Below, one piece after another: positions 1-11,294 of a stretch of 64,000 nucleotides of DNA. The notes under the pieces are model-generated. The model did no database searches. It was not told the DNA's origin and worked only from the letters and a program-made list of their open reading frames with translations. Location: the NCBI GenBank assembly GCA_002104905.1, contig MCFE01000007.1:62001-126000 (forward strand), written 5' to 3'. Within the stretch, counting starts at the first letter, position 1. Each line of letters begins with the position of its first letter. The position numbers were made by a program, and so were the translations under genes. This DNA is from Basidiobolus meristosporus CBS 931.73 (lineage: Eukaryota; Fungi; Basidiobolomycota).

Positions 1-18
1 TGTGATCAGACAATTTAG

Positions 19-2390
19 CGTGTAATAGGTGTGAATGGGTTTGAGGTTAGATGTTTGTCTGCTCAAGCACCAAGATACGACGGTGCCATTGTTCCCAATA
101 GAGAGGTTTACCAATACGATGGGCTGATTTATTAAACCGCTTGATTCCTCTTGGTTAATTAGGTTTTTTTGTCTCACCTAGGTGTCGTTGCATCCTTAAA
201 CCTCGCTGACAACACCCTACCGCAAATGCACTTGCATATCCTGTGATTTCAAATCAACAACCAAAGGTTGCACATATACTATCAGCATTGGAAATGCTGA
301 TGCCAACCTACACATATATAGCAGCATAGTTTCAGTGCCTAATGCAGCATCATTTACCCAACTGTGTATCGGATGCGTAGTAGCAGGTTTATGTCGATCA
401 TCAACTCCTCAAACACTCTGCAGTACCAGAGTATGCCATGCTATCTCTATTTTGCATCAAACAGAGGGGAGGAGTCATCCCGATTTCTCGCCACACATCG
501 ATCGTCACACACTGCATACGAATCCATGAATGGGTTTAAGAAGTTGAGGACCTAGAGTACCACTAAATGAGGTAACCAACAAATAGTAGCCAGATCAAAT
601 ATGTTCGGTGCACCGTACCTGGTGCTTGGTAATATGCACGATGGTGGGCCTCTTGGGCATGACTTGTCGACATTTGGGCAATGAAGTGGCCTGTTTCATC
701 ACGGCCTACCCGATAAGCCATGGTGCACCCACCGCTGCGTACCAAACGAGCGCTGTGTGGTGTAGTATGGAAATTTGCTGAGTGGCTGAGAATTCATTAG
801 TTGGATATACTGATCAAGATCTGATGTGGAAAATCTATTATCACGGCCTCGTTAATATGTCAATCCGGTTCTATCACGAAGACCTCTGGAAGTTGGGGCA
901 GCGAGATCTGAGGCCATTTAGACGATTTTGGGCCAAGAGCCTGGGGTAAATTGGAAGGCATAGTTTATTTGAAGGGCTATCTTAACTGCAAGGGAATCAT
1001 GGCCCCTAATATATACAATTATCGGCTAATCAGCGAGGCAAAACTGAAAGGCACCAAATATGTAGGCATTAAGAAAACCCTTGGAACCCAGAAAAGCCTA
1101 TCAACCACCCAATTCTCGAGATTGGCTTAGTATCAACACCTCGCCAAGCGTTGGTCCTTTCAAAAGCACTGCCCCCGAGATCCGACAAATCTACGTATCG
1201 CAGGGAATATGCTTCACCGAGTGGGCGTGAATGCTAATATTGATTTTGTATCGTACGTAGGAGATTCCAGTTAGCCTCCACTCATCTTCCGTGGTGGAAA
1301 GTCGACCATTGGTGGATTTGTGGAATTGGCGACAATCTGGAAAGGTCCACAAACTCCGAAAGCACTTCCGAACGCATGAAAATACAATCACCAATGTGTT
1401 TTCACTACGTCCTGTCGACACCACGACACCAAACTTTGTTTAGACACAGTATTTCCACAGTTTGTGTGGCAAAAACAACGGGCTGGGAATCAATTCCCTC
1501 TAGACCATGCTTCTGCATCCAGTTTCGAAGTTGGGAATGAATTGTGGGAATATCCGTAAGGTAGAAAGGGCGTACTAGATTTTGTCGAAAGTTGCTGATG
1601 TTGGAATAAGCACATGTGGAGTCACCATCGTTTATCAATTAGTGAGTCGTATGGGCCCTCCAAATATTGGATTCCGCATTCCATTATCCGTGTATGAGGG
1701 TTTTGATACTCGCGCTCATCTTGCACGCAAGTGTTGCTGTGGCTGTCCTTTTTGGTCGAATTCACACACCCTATGCCACGGTCTAAACCCGAAACTGCAC
1801 AATGTAAAAGATTTCATAACTCGATACATCCTCAGATATGTCCTGATATTGAATCTACCACCTGGGTCCCCTGACCAGTCTAGCATAATTGCAGAACCTT
1901 TTGGAAGTTTTATTAGGACTAATTTGGCAATATTTAATAGGAAGCGGATCTTCCATGAGATGGATTTTTCGGAAGCCAAGTCCCTATACTTCCTGTAGTC
2001 TTGTTGTGCCAAGTAATGTAGTGCGTTGCAGAAGAACATGGGAGGATGCGAGCAAACTTTACAATCTTCTTGGTGACTTTGAACTCACCTCATTAGGTCT
2101 TACCATCCATTCATTAGGAATGTGGATCCATTGAAAAAATAGATATTATTCCAGTCCAGGAATTTAAGACTCTATGATCCAGTGCAAAATCATTACAAGG
2201 AGAAACTTTGTACATAGCTGATCACTTGCAGTGCTGATTTCAATAGATCAGCTTCAACAGATGCAACAATGCATGCTTCTGGGAAAGTATATGAATCTAG
2301 TACAAAAGCATCACTACTGTTGTAGAATTTAGTGGCTAGATATATTAGCGGCCATGCCATTAATGTAGCTGTTGTAAATATATAGTTTGC
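19..2390 (+). pseudogene. Decayed type I (reducing) polyketide synthase fragment: KS C-terminus - AT - DH (possibly start of C-MT)
   Basis: Degenerate motifs appear in PKS order across shifting + frames: RVIGVNGF (19-42; KS GVNSF), HLGNEVAC (671-694; AT GHSxGE), GRHS (953-964; AT AFHS/YASHS), *ALRKPL (YWxxNLRxPV-like), ILEIG (1112-1126), HLPWWKVDHW (1283-1312; post-AT LPxYxWDH), W..QFPLDH (1467-1508; DH His), YGP (1650-1658), NPKL (1786-1797; DH HPxxLD-like). Many stops and frameshifts. Confidence 0.6.
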
Positions 2391-2686
2391 ACTTAAACCG
2401 CTCATAGACCGTGATATTCTATTAAGCCTATTGTCCAGTTATGAGTTACTTATTAAAATCTATCTGGTAGGGTGTTAGTTAATTCTTAGAGTAGTGAAGA
2501 TGTGGAAGTTTGAAGTATCTCAAGCAGATTTAAAAGCCCCTGAATCTTGCTCCCCACTTCTTGTGGCCTTTACTAATGTTGTGGACTATGCAATTACTCC
2601 TAGATACAGTAAACATTCAGTTTACACCTAAATTATTTATGCACCTTAAGATTCCGTTTAGTTTATTGCAAAGTTATGGATGACTC

Positions 2687-3018
2687 TGTTGTAAAAACTC
2701 GTAATTCCACCTAAATATTCACCTAACTTAGTCACTTAGATCATTACCTTCAAATCCTAGGGAATACTGACCAAATTCCTTGTTGGGATTTACTTAGAAT
2801 ATTTACCCAGAACATGAAAATTAGATAAGTTGTCCAAACAGCACCAAACTCTGCACACATATTCTTGGGACCTTTCTTAACCTATTCTACGTGTTTGTTA
2901 TGCCAAGACCATGTAAAAGTATAAATACTACTTTTACATCCAATAAATCATTAAGTGAAAACCACATAATCTACTTGTTCTCCCAATCACTTCCAATATC
3001 TCCAAGACTCTTACAACA
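2687..3018 (+). mobile_element. Solo LTR, copia family A
   Basis: TGTTGTAA...TTACAACA inverted termini; 5-bp TSD GACTC at 2682-2686 and 3019-3023; homologous to 37232-37570. Confidence 0.9.
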
Positions 3019-3311
3019 GACTCAAGATTTAGCTCTAAATTTCTTGACTAATTCTCAGATTTAGTGGAGGCTTGGAAGTTGTGAATATTGTCAAGGTCAT
3101 TCAGTAGCCCCTAAACCATGTACACATCTTTCTGGAACCTTATCTGCAGAATAATTAGTATCAGCTTCACAAAACTCCCCTTAAAGTATAATTACATATT
3201 TGAACTCAGTATTACAAGTGAATAGCAAGCAACTCTTCTAGTTCTCCAAATCACTTCCAATGCTTACTAGAATCATCAGAGCTTGGGACCTTCTTAAACA
3301 CAGTCTACCTC

Positions 3312-3521
3312 TTAGGAAGGTCCCAAGAGCATATGTGTAAAGTTTGGGGCTGCTTGGACAACTCAACAAAATTTCATGTTGTGTATACCTGATGTCATGG
3401 TGAAAACATTCCAAGTAAATCCCAACAAGGAATTTGGTCAGTATTCCCCGAGATTTGTAGGTAATGATTTACGTGACTAAGTTAGGTCTATAATTAGGTG
3501 GAATTACAAATTTTTACAACA
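3312..3521 (-). mobile_element. Truncated family-A LTR (antisense)
   Basis: Matches the distal part of the antisense LTR at 38398-38746 and ends in TTTTTACAACA. Confidence 0.75.
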
Positions 3522-4937
3522 GTTCTCCCAATCTCTATCTCCAAAACTCTTACAATAGCTTTTACTACTGCATACCACCTGCAAGCCAATGGAATGATGG
3601 AGAGCGGTTACGGTCCACCTGATCTAAATGCCACATATCTTTAGTTTGTACATATTTCATTGTAAAGTCTTGATTTATTTACTTGAGATTTAGTGTGTCA
3701 GTTACTGCTAAACTCTGGTATTATCAAAGCTCTGAAAGTTATCCGAATTTAACCTTGAATACACAACCATATTCCTAATACATTACTTACAGAACCCATT
3801 CTTTAATTACTTGTATCATTAGCTTTGTAAGACTCTCAAAGTATAGGTATTGTTTAAATATCCAGTTTATGCCTAAACCGCTCTTATGCCTTAAGATTTT
3901 ATTCAGCTTACTGCTAAGCCATGCATAAATTACTTGAGGTTTAGTTAGTAAGATACTAACTGACTATCAGAATCTGTGGAGGCCTAGAAGTTATCAAGAT
4001 TTTCAAACTTGCCCAAAAGCCTCCAAACTTTGTACACCACCGTCTGGAATCTTTCTTGTAGCATTATTCTCATTGATCTTACAAAGCTCCCCTAAGAGTA
4101 CAAATACTCCATTTGAGTTCAACAACTGAATAACATGTAGCTCTTCTAGTTCTCCAAATCGCTTACAATGTTTCCCAGAGTATTGCTACAGATAACCCTT
4201 GCAAATCTAAGTTATTTCCAGGTTTCCAAGTCATACTCTGTGGTTTTATGGTATATGTCAAATATACAGATTCTCACATGTTGCAAGAAATAGACCAGTT
4301 TTGGCTATAGGCGGAGTGGAATATCATCATGACACAAAAGTGGAAAGGGAGGAATACTAGCAGCTTTTGTGTCAGGCCAAAGGAGGCATTTCAGAATTCT
4401 GATTCCAAAGGGATTGATATTGATAATATTCTCTGGCAGTCGTCAAGTTCATTTCGTTCCGAAAAAAGTTAAATTAAATTAAACTACTTCGGCGTAAACT
4501 AAGCCTTCGATTAAATTTGATTACAATTCAAATATGTACTTTAATTCTAGAGTGAAAGTTCAAGAAGATGCATTATTTTACTTCGTATCCAAAATGACCT
4601 CAATCCAATTATCTGCGGCATCCCCAAGCGATATATAGATACGATATTCCATATGGATATAAAACCAGTGAACCTCACTATATAAAGATACCATAATATA
4701 TAGCCGTGGAATCAATTGTATGGTGGTTTGTTGGTGATATAAAACCACTCTACCTTTGTTATGCTTGATGATAATGATTGTAAAATTCTAGCTTTACTAC
4801 AACTTAATTCACTTAGTTCTCATCCCGTTACATTTAGAGGGTGACAAATTATTACAGTGAAAAATAATACATTGGAAATACAGACGATACCTATCTGAAT
4901 ACAACTTTGTATGGTGAGTGTGTGCGGGGAGGGGGGG

Positions 4938-6175
4938 TTAGTTGGCAGCACGGCGGGCTTGAACGCCCTTTCTCAACGTCTCCAATACCTTGACAGTATC
5001 TTCCCAACCGATGCAAGCATCAGTAATACTTTGGCCGTAATTAAGGCCAGTAGGACCTTCAGCAGGGATGTCCTGACGGCCCTCGTTGATGTGGCTCTCA
5101 ATCATAACTCCGAAAATCAACGCTCCAGTTTCCTTGTTGGAGAGTTGGCTGGCGATATCCTCGGCAACCAAAACTTGACGGCTGAAAACCTTGCTGCTAT
5201 TACCATGACTGCAATCAATCATCACCGAGGAACGTAGCTTGGCAGCAACCAGTTGATCACTAACAGCTTTTACGTGCTCCGCCGAATAGTTAGGTCCGGT
5301 GGCACCACCACGGAGAATAACATGACAGTGTTCGTTTCCTTCAGTAGTCACAATAGCACTAAGACCTTGCTTGGTGACTGATAGGAAGCTATGACCATTG
5401 CTGGCAGCCTTGATCGCATCAATGGCTACTCGGACATTGCCATCGGTGCCATTTTTGAAGCCGACAGGAACTGAAAGTCCAGAAGAAAGCTCACGGTGCA
5501 CTTGGGATTCGGTGGTACGGGCGCCAATGGCTCCCCAACTGACCAAATCACCAATGAACTGCGGAGAGATGGTATCTAAGAACTCGCACCCAGCAGGCAA
5601 ACCAAGTTCGTTGACATCCAACAAGAAGCGGCGAGCGATTCGAAGGCCATTGTTGATTTGGAAACTACAAGGCTGTTAGTAAAGCTAGGTCTAAGTCTGA
5701 GTAAAACGTCATCTCCACAAACCTATCGTTCAGTAGTGGGTCATTGATGAGGCCTTTCCAACCAACGGTGGTTCTGGGTTTTTCGAAGTATACACGCATA
5801 ATAATATGCAAGTCAGCAGCAGCCGATTGGGCGTATTCCTTCAATTTCTGGGCTGCATGACAGGTGAGAACTAAGGCAGGTCCAGAGAATAACGAGGATT
5901 CACTTACCGTATTCGAGGCCAGCCTTAGTATCATGAATAGAGCATGGACCAACAACAACCAACAATCTATCGTCGCGGCCTTGAATGATAGCTTCGGCGC
6001 CGAGTCTACCAGCGAGAATGGCACGAGCGGCGTCGTCAGTCAAGGGCAAATCTTCCATCAGAATTTGAGGAGGAATCAAAGGACGAATCTCCTTGATACG
6101 CTTATCATCAAGCTCGTTCAAGCGTTGATGAGGGGAAATAGATAAAGAGGTTCTTCTGGGCTCACCGTTGCTCAT
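4938..6175 (-). CDS. ARO3/ARO4: Class I DAHP synthase (phospho-2-dehydro-3-deoxyheptonate aldolase), ARO3/ARO4 family; exons ~6175-5908, 5852-5723, 5664-4938
   Basis: LLVVVGPCSIHD, RVYFEKPRTTVGWKGLINDP, WGAIGARTTESQVHRELSSG, GFKNGTDG, HVILRGG, MIDCSHGNS, YGQSITDACIGW; GT-AG introns restore the frame. Confidence 0.97.
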
Positions 6176-6617
6176 GGCTATCGTATGGAAATACAGAAAG
6201 TTTTGCTGAGTGTTAAAGCTGACGGAGCAGCAATTTATAGGGCCTGCAAATAACGGACTCCACTTTGATCCTCGAACGCCCAAAAATCACCACTCAAGCC
6301 TAAATCAAGTAGTCAATGATTGGCCATCGGTAGCCCCCGATGAGTAATACTGACCCATACTTTAATGTTCAATTGAGTTGGCCCATTCAGCTATCCGCAA
6401 AAATACAATCATTCCACAACACCAAAAGAGTGCGTCGAGTCAGATTGACGAACCATGACCTTTCTGATCCGAATGTTACACTGCCAAAAAAATGCGACGG
6501 ATTATTTGGATTAGGATCTTCGTTAACTAACGCAGAACACAGCCATTTCCCGTAACTCGGAATCTCGGTGTTGCAAAGGCTCTGCCCTCTTGTCTGATCC
6601 AGAATTTAAAACCACTC

Positions 6618-6720
6618 GCTCCATTTGAGGTGCTTCTTTGACTCATAAACCCTAACTACCCACAATAAAATATGGCCATCTAAGCTCCATTTGAGGTGAT
6701 GTTACTTCCCTATGACTCCC
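6618..6720. promoter_or_regulatory. Duplicated 15-bp module with Gcn4/CpcA-type site upstream of DAHP synthase
   Basis: GCTCCATTTGAGGTG at 6618-6632 and 6684-6698, each followed by TGACTC; a perfect TGACTCA at 6639-6645. Confidence 0.4.
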
Positions 6721-7354
6721 GCTGTATCGTGATGCCATCGACGATACATTTTCTACGCATTCCGTGTGGAAGAATGTACCGGATTGCCCGCTACCATGTT
6801 CTCGAGCAACAGAATAGGAATCATGCTTGGTGCCTATAAGATGATTGGTAGCCGAAACAGATTTATTCATGATATAGCATCATCTAGGTTACAAAAACAT
6901 TTACATGGAAGCAGGTGTAGCGGGGGTCCCACCATCCGAGTCGGTGACCGAATCATACAATCAATCCCCGTGGATTCCATCTTAAGACAGCTACATCACT
7001 ATTGAGCCGCTTGACATGGCCCATTCTGCCTCAGAACAGTGAGAGCACACGAAGGCTGTGTATGCCATAACCACCTGGCCATCCCTGCACTCCCGTATTC
7101 CTGATAGCTGCCAGCAATGCGTCTCTCTCGGCCTAGTATCCACAGACCCCGAGCTTGTGTCGATTCTGCTGCCCAACTCGTCCAGCAATCCGTTGATATA
7201 GCATGGCAGGTGAGATTGGAGTTCAGGAGATTGTGTATTTCTTGGGATGAAAAATGTTTGATCAACCCAAATACGAGCTAGCAGCTATTTTTCTTTATAT
7301 CAATCAACCACTGGCAATTTCATCATCGGCCTTGTTTACCCGTTCACCAGCTCA

Positions 7355-9683
7355 ATGTCCAGTGAATCAAAAAAAAGAGTCGCGTACTTTTATGACCGTA
7401 AGGGAACTCTCTGCAAATACCCCGAACCAGCTTCCACATAGTCTAACCCTTCAATAGCCAATATCGGTCACTGCCACTATGGCCCTGGGCATCCGATGAA
7501 ACCTCATAGAATCCGTATGACGCATACTCTATGTATGAACTACGGTCTCTACAACAAGCTTGAGATTTATGTATCCTTAGACATGGCCCCGGTTTTTCAG
7601 GATCTAGCTTACATCGTGTGTATCAGTATTCCTTAACCTAAGATCTAGCGCGCCAAACCAGGGACACGAGAGGAAATGACTCAATTCCACACCGATGAAT
7701 ATGTCGATTTCTTGCAACGAGTAACCCCCGAAACTGTTGACCAATTTGTCAAGGAGCAAGTGAAATGTATAGACGCACACTTATATTCGAGTAACTTCAA
7801 GTTTATTCAACCTCGGTATCAAAGTCAATGTAGGAGATGATTGCCCAGTTTTTGATGGCCTTTTTGAGTACTGTTCTATCTCTGCTGGCGGCTCCCTAGG
7901 TATACTGCGCTTTGTGATATTAGTCCAAGGAAGATTTACCCACCATAAACCCTCAACTGTAGAGAGCGCGGCTAGATTAAATCGAAATATCTCCGACATA
8001 TGCGTTAACTGGGCTGGAGGTTTGCACCATGCAAAAAAATCCGAGGCCAGTGGATTCTGTTATGTGAATGATATTGTTTTGGCTATCATCGAATTGTTGC
8101 GGTAAGATCATCTCTAATTCCTCGTTGCTGCATTGATGATCCTCAACTGCTTGCAGATATCATCCTCGTGTTTTATATATCGATATCGATGTACACCACG
8201 GCGATGGTGTGGAAGAGGCTTTCTATGGTACTGACCGAGTGATGACAGTCAGCTTCCACAAATATGGCGAGTACTTCCCGGGAACCGGTGAACTTCGGGT
8301 AATAATATCTACTTTCGCCTAGTTGTGAACGTCTGCTTACACTTCGGACATGTAGGACATCGGTGTTGGCAAGGGTAAATACTATGCAGTCAACTTTCCA
8401 CTTCGAGACGGAATAGATGACGAAAGCTACAAGAGCGTTTTCGAGCCAGTATGTTGAATCCATTTTGGTGCTTGTTTCCGTATGCAAAATGCTAAGTCGA
8501 GAGTCTAGGTGATTCAACACGTTATGGACTGGTATCAACCATCGGCTGTGGTTTTACTCTGCGGGGCCGATTCCTTATCCGGAGACAAACTAGGCTGTTT
8601 TAATTTGTCCATGAAAGGTTAGTATTGAAATCCACCAGCAATCTAGTTACAGATTCTGATGATTCTTCAACAGGCCACGCAAACTGTGTCAAATTCGTGC
8701 GAGGCTTCAACCTACCAACACTTGTGCTTGGTGGCGGGGGCTACACTATTCGCAATGTTTCGAGGGCTTGGGCTTATGAAACCGGTGTCGTAGTTGGGGA
8801 GGATCTGCCTGAAGGTATTTTCTACAAATCTGTCGAACCAGGCATCATTGAAATATTCATGCAGACGTCATTTAGAACTTCCTCCAAATGAATACATGGA
8901 ATATTACGGGCCGGACTATAAGCTCGAGGTCAAGCCAAGTAACATGCAAAATCTGAATACCAGAGAATACCTGGAAAAAATCAAGTAAGTTGAGCTGGGG
9001 CTAGGCTTGAAACAACATGCAATTCATTGTTCGGCCATGTAGAGTGCAGGTGTTTGAGAATTTGTCCCGCACAAAGTTCGTGCCCAGTGTACAAATGCAA
9101 GGTTAGTATCGTTTGATGGGATCCCAGCCCACGTATCCTGCTCATTGAGCCATCCACCAACTGCTTGAAACCACTAGATACACCTACAGTCAACTATCAA
9201 TCTGACGATGAAGACAACGAAGACCCTGATGAACGTATCACACGTAGGTCCATGCCCCCAACCTCCGAGTGGACAATGTTCTCACATTAATCTTCTAGAA
9301 AAAATGCGGGACAATTACATTATTCCCGACGGCAACCTTTCTGATTCTGAGGATGAAGGTGACCATCGCCGAGATGACCACAACTTTGGCATTTCTGCAG
9401 ACCCAACTGAAAAAACTAGAATGAAGCTCAGCCCAACAATAGAAACTCTCGATACTTCGTCACCTGTGAAGGATGCGATGGTGGACTCACCAGTGGCCAA
9501 CACTGTCGAAGCAAGTCATGCTGAAATGGAGGATATCGAGTCAAATGGTATGATTTTCGAGTTCCTACTTCCTTTGGTCTATATCAATAACGTTTGATTC
9601 TAGAGGATCGTGCGAATCCTGAAGCGCTAGAAACGAATGCTCCGGAGACTGCAGGAAACCTAGATGACCCCATGAGCTTGTAA
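7355..9683 (+). CDS. RPD3: Class I histone deacetylase, RPD3/HDAC1 type (multi-exon)
   Basis: [87 protein letters not shown], acidic SDSEDEG tail. Confidence 0.96.
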
Positions 9684-9892
9684 ATACGAATCCGTGCAGC
9701 AAATTTTGACAATTGCGCGATTATCGATGACCTTTCATACAAATAAAAGCCTCACAAGCAACTCGGTGGTTTGAAAAACATTTTACTAATATGCATGGAT
9801 CTCAAGGCTTGTTGGCGTTGTAAAGGGTAACGATGTAGAGTTCGGCACATGAATTGAGAACTCTCAACATGATTAATACGTGATGTGACTGT

Positions 9893-10622
9893 CTATAAAA
9901 CACCCTTGGTGCTTGGGATATCGTTGGTACCAGTAAACGCAATGGCCTCACGTAGAGCAACGGCTGTGGCTTTGAAAGCAGATTCAGCCCGATGATGATC
10001 GTTGAAACCCTTCAATACATCAACGTGAAGTGTGATACCGGCCGCCGTGGCAAAAGATTCAAACACATGAGGGATCATTTCGCAGGAGAGCTGGCCAATC
10101 ATTTCACGCTTGAGCCCCAAGTCGATCTGAGCGTGAGGGCGTCCAGAGATATCTACAACGGCGCGGGATAGAGCCTGAAGGTAAAACAGTCAGAAGGCGG
10201 GGCGATTGAAGTTGTCTCAGCGATTCTACAAACCTCATCTAAAGGAGCATATGCATAGCCAAATCTTTTAATACCGCGAGGCTCGCCAAGCGCTTGCTTG
10301 AAAGCAAGACCAAGGGCTATAGCGGTGTCTTCAGCAGTGTGATGGTCATCAATGTGAATATCGCCCTTGCAAGCTAGAGTGAGAGACCAGCGAGAGTGCT
10401 TGGCTAAAGCATGATACATCTGAAGGTTGAAGTACAAATATTAAGGACCATGGTATTCTAATAGTTAGAAGGAAGTGCACAAACATGGTCAAGGAAACCA
10501 ATTCCGGTACTGATCTCGATAGTCTGGTTCTCGGTGTGAATGTCACCCAAGGTTAAGGAAATTTGGATATCTGTTTCATTAGTTTTACGGGTAACAGTGG
10601 CAGTTCTGGTGGCCTTCGACAT
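9893..10622 (-). CDS. HIS3: Imidazoleglycerol-phosphate dehydratase; exons ~10622-10485, 10419-10234, 10174-9893
   Basis: [73 protein letters not shown]. Confidence 0.97.
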
Positions 10623-11181
10623 GACTATATTGAGACTGTGGTGTATACAAATGAGGGTGTTTGCGCTATATTGTCAAGGGTACCTCTTTATATCACACAA
10701 ATTCACAAATTCACAAAAAAATTTGGCTTTTCTTTTTACGGAGAACTCCCCGACCATCAAATCATCTGTCCAACTAGATAAGAAGATTTCCCCAGGATTG
10801 GAGTCCCAGAGTTTCTAGATTTCCAGTTGGTAGTCAGTCATAAATGGTCATTGAATTCCCATCATCACGAACTGATTTTGATGTAACAATCTCGATGGAT
10901 ACATGCTAATAAATTGTCTAATCTGGGACCATCCTCCAATGGCACCAGGGCGCAGTATTTATCCGATTCCGGTTGGTTGATTGATTAGCATAGAATTAGC
11001 AATGGATAATACTATTCGAAAGCTGAACGACTGGATCTACCTAATCTCTGGCGAGATTTCAACGTATTTATATATGAAACGAAAAGCTGGAGATTGGATT
11101 AACATCTCCATACCAACTAATCAGATACAAAGACGCAATATCTTTACATGAACATGTCGGAGGTCGTCGAGGGGTTACGGA

Positions 11182-11188
11182 TGAGTCA
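11182..11188. promoter_or_regulatory. Gcn4/CpcA consensus TGAGTCA ~560 bp upstream of HIS3
   Basis: Exact 7-mer consensus; a chance occurrence is possible. Confidence 0.3.
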
Positions 11189-11294
11189 AATTATCATGAC
11201 AAAAATAAAATGATGCCCTGTGGGGTGCATGCTTACAAATGCCGAGCAACCCAAAGCCATGGGGTAGAGATATACGGTTGTCAACTGATGCGCC

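Larger units (their letters stand above)
2400..4300. repeat. Nest of degenerate copia family-A LTR remnants
   Basis: Several diverged blocks share GTTCTCC(C/A)AATC(A/G)CTT, TAAACCGCTC and CCTTAAGATT with each other and with the LTRs at 37232, 38398 and 58629; CpG-poor. Confidence 0.75.

Noticed and set aside
975-1010. GHDSL resembling a carrier-protein (PCP/ACP) motif on the minus strand
   Set aside because: Isolated, antisense to the PKS relic, with no supporting context.
629-1227. Tyrosine-recombinase-like motifs on the minus strand (RPLGEAYSLRYVDL; HSARLVRSGG...H-x8-Y)
   Set aside because: They lie in stop-ridden frames and lack the hydrophobic helix before the Arg; the + strand explains the region better as a collinear PKS relic.
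4911-5679. Plus-strand ORFs of 108 and 93 aa
   Set aside because: Antisense shadows of the DAHP synthase exons.
6690-7300. Short ORFs between DAHP synthase and RPD3, including a CxxC in VCSHCSEA
   Set aside because: No recognisable domain and no coherent splice model.
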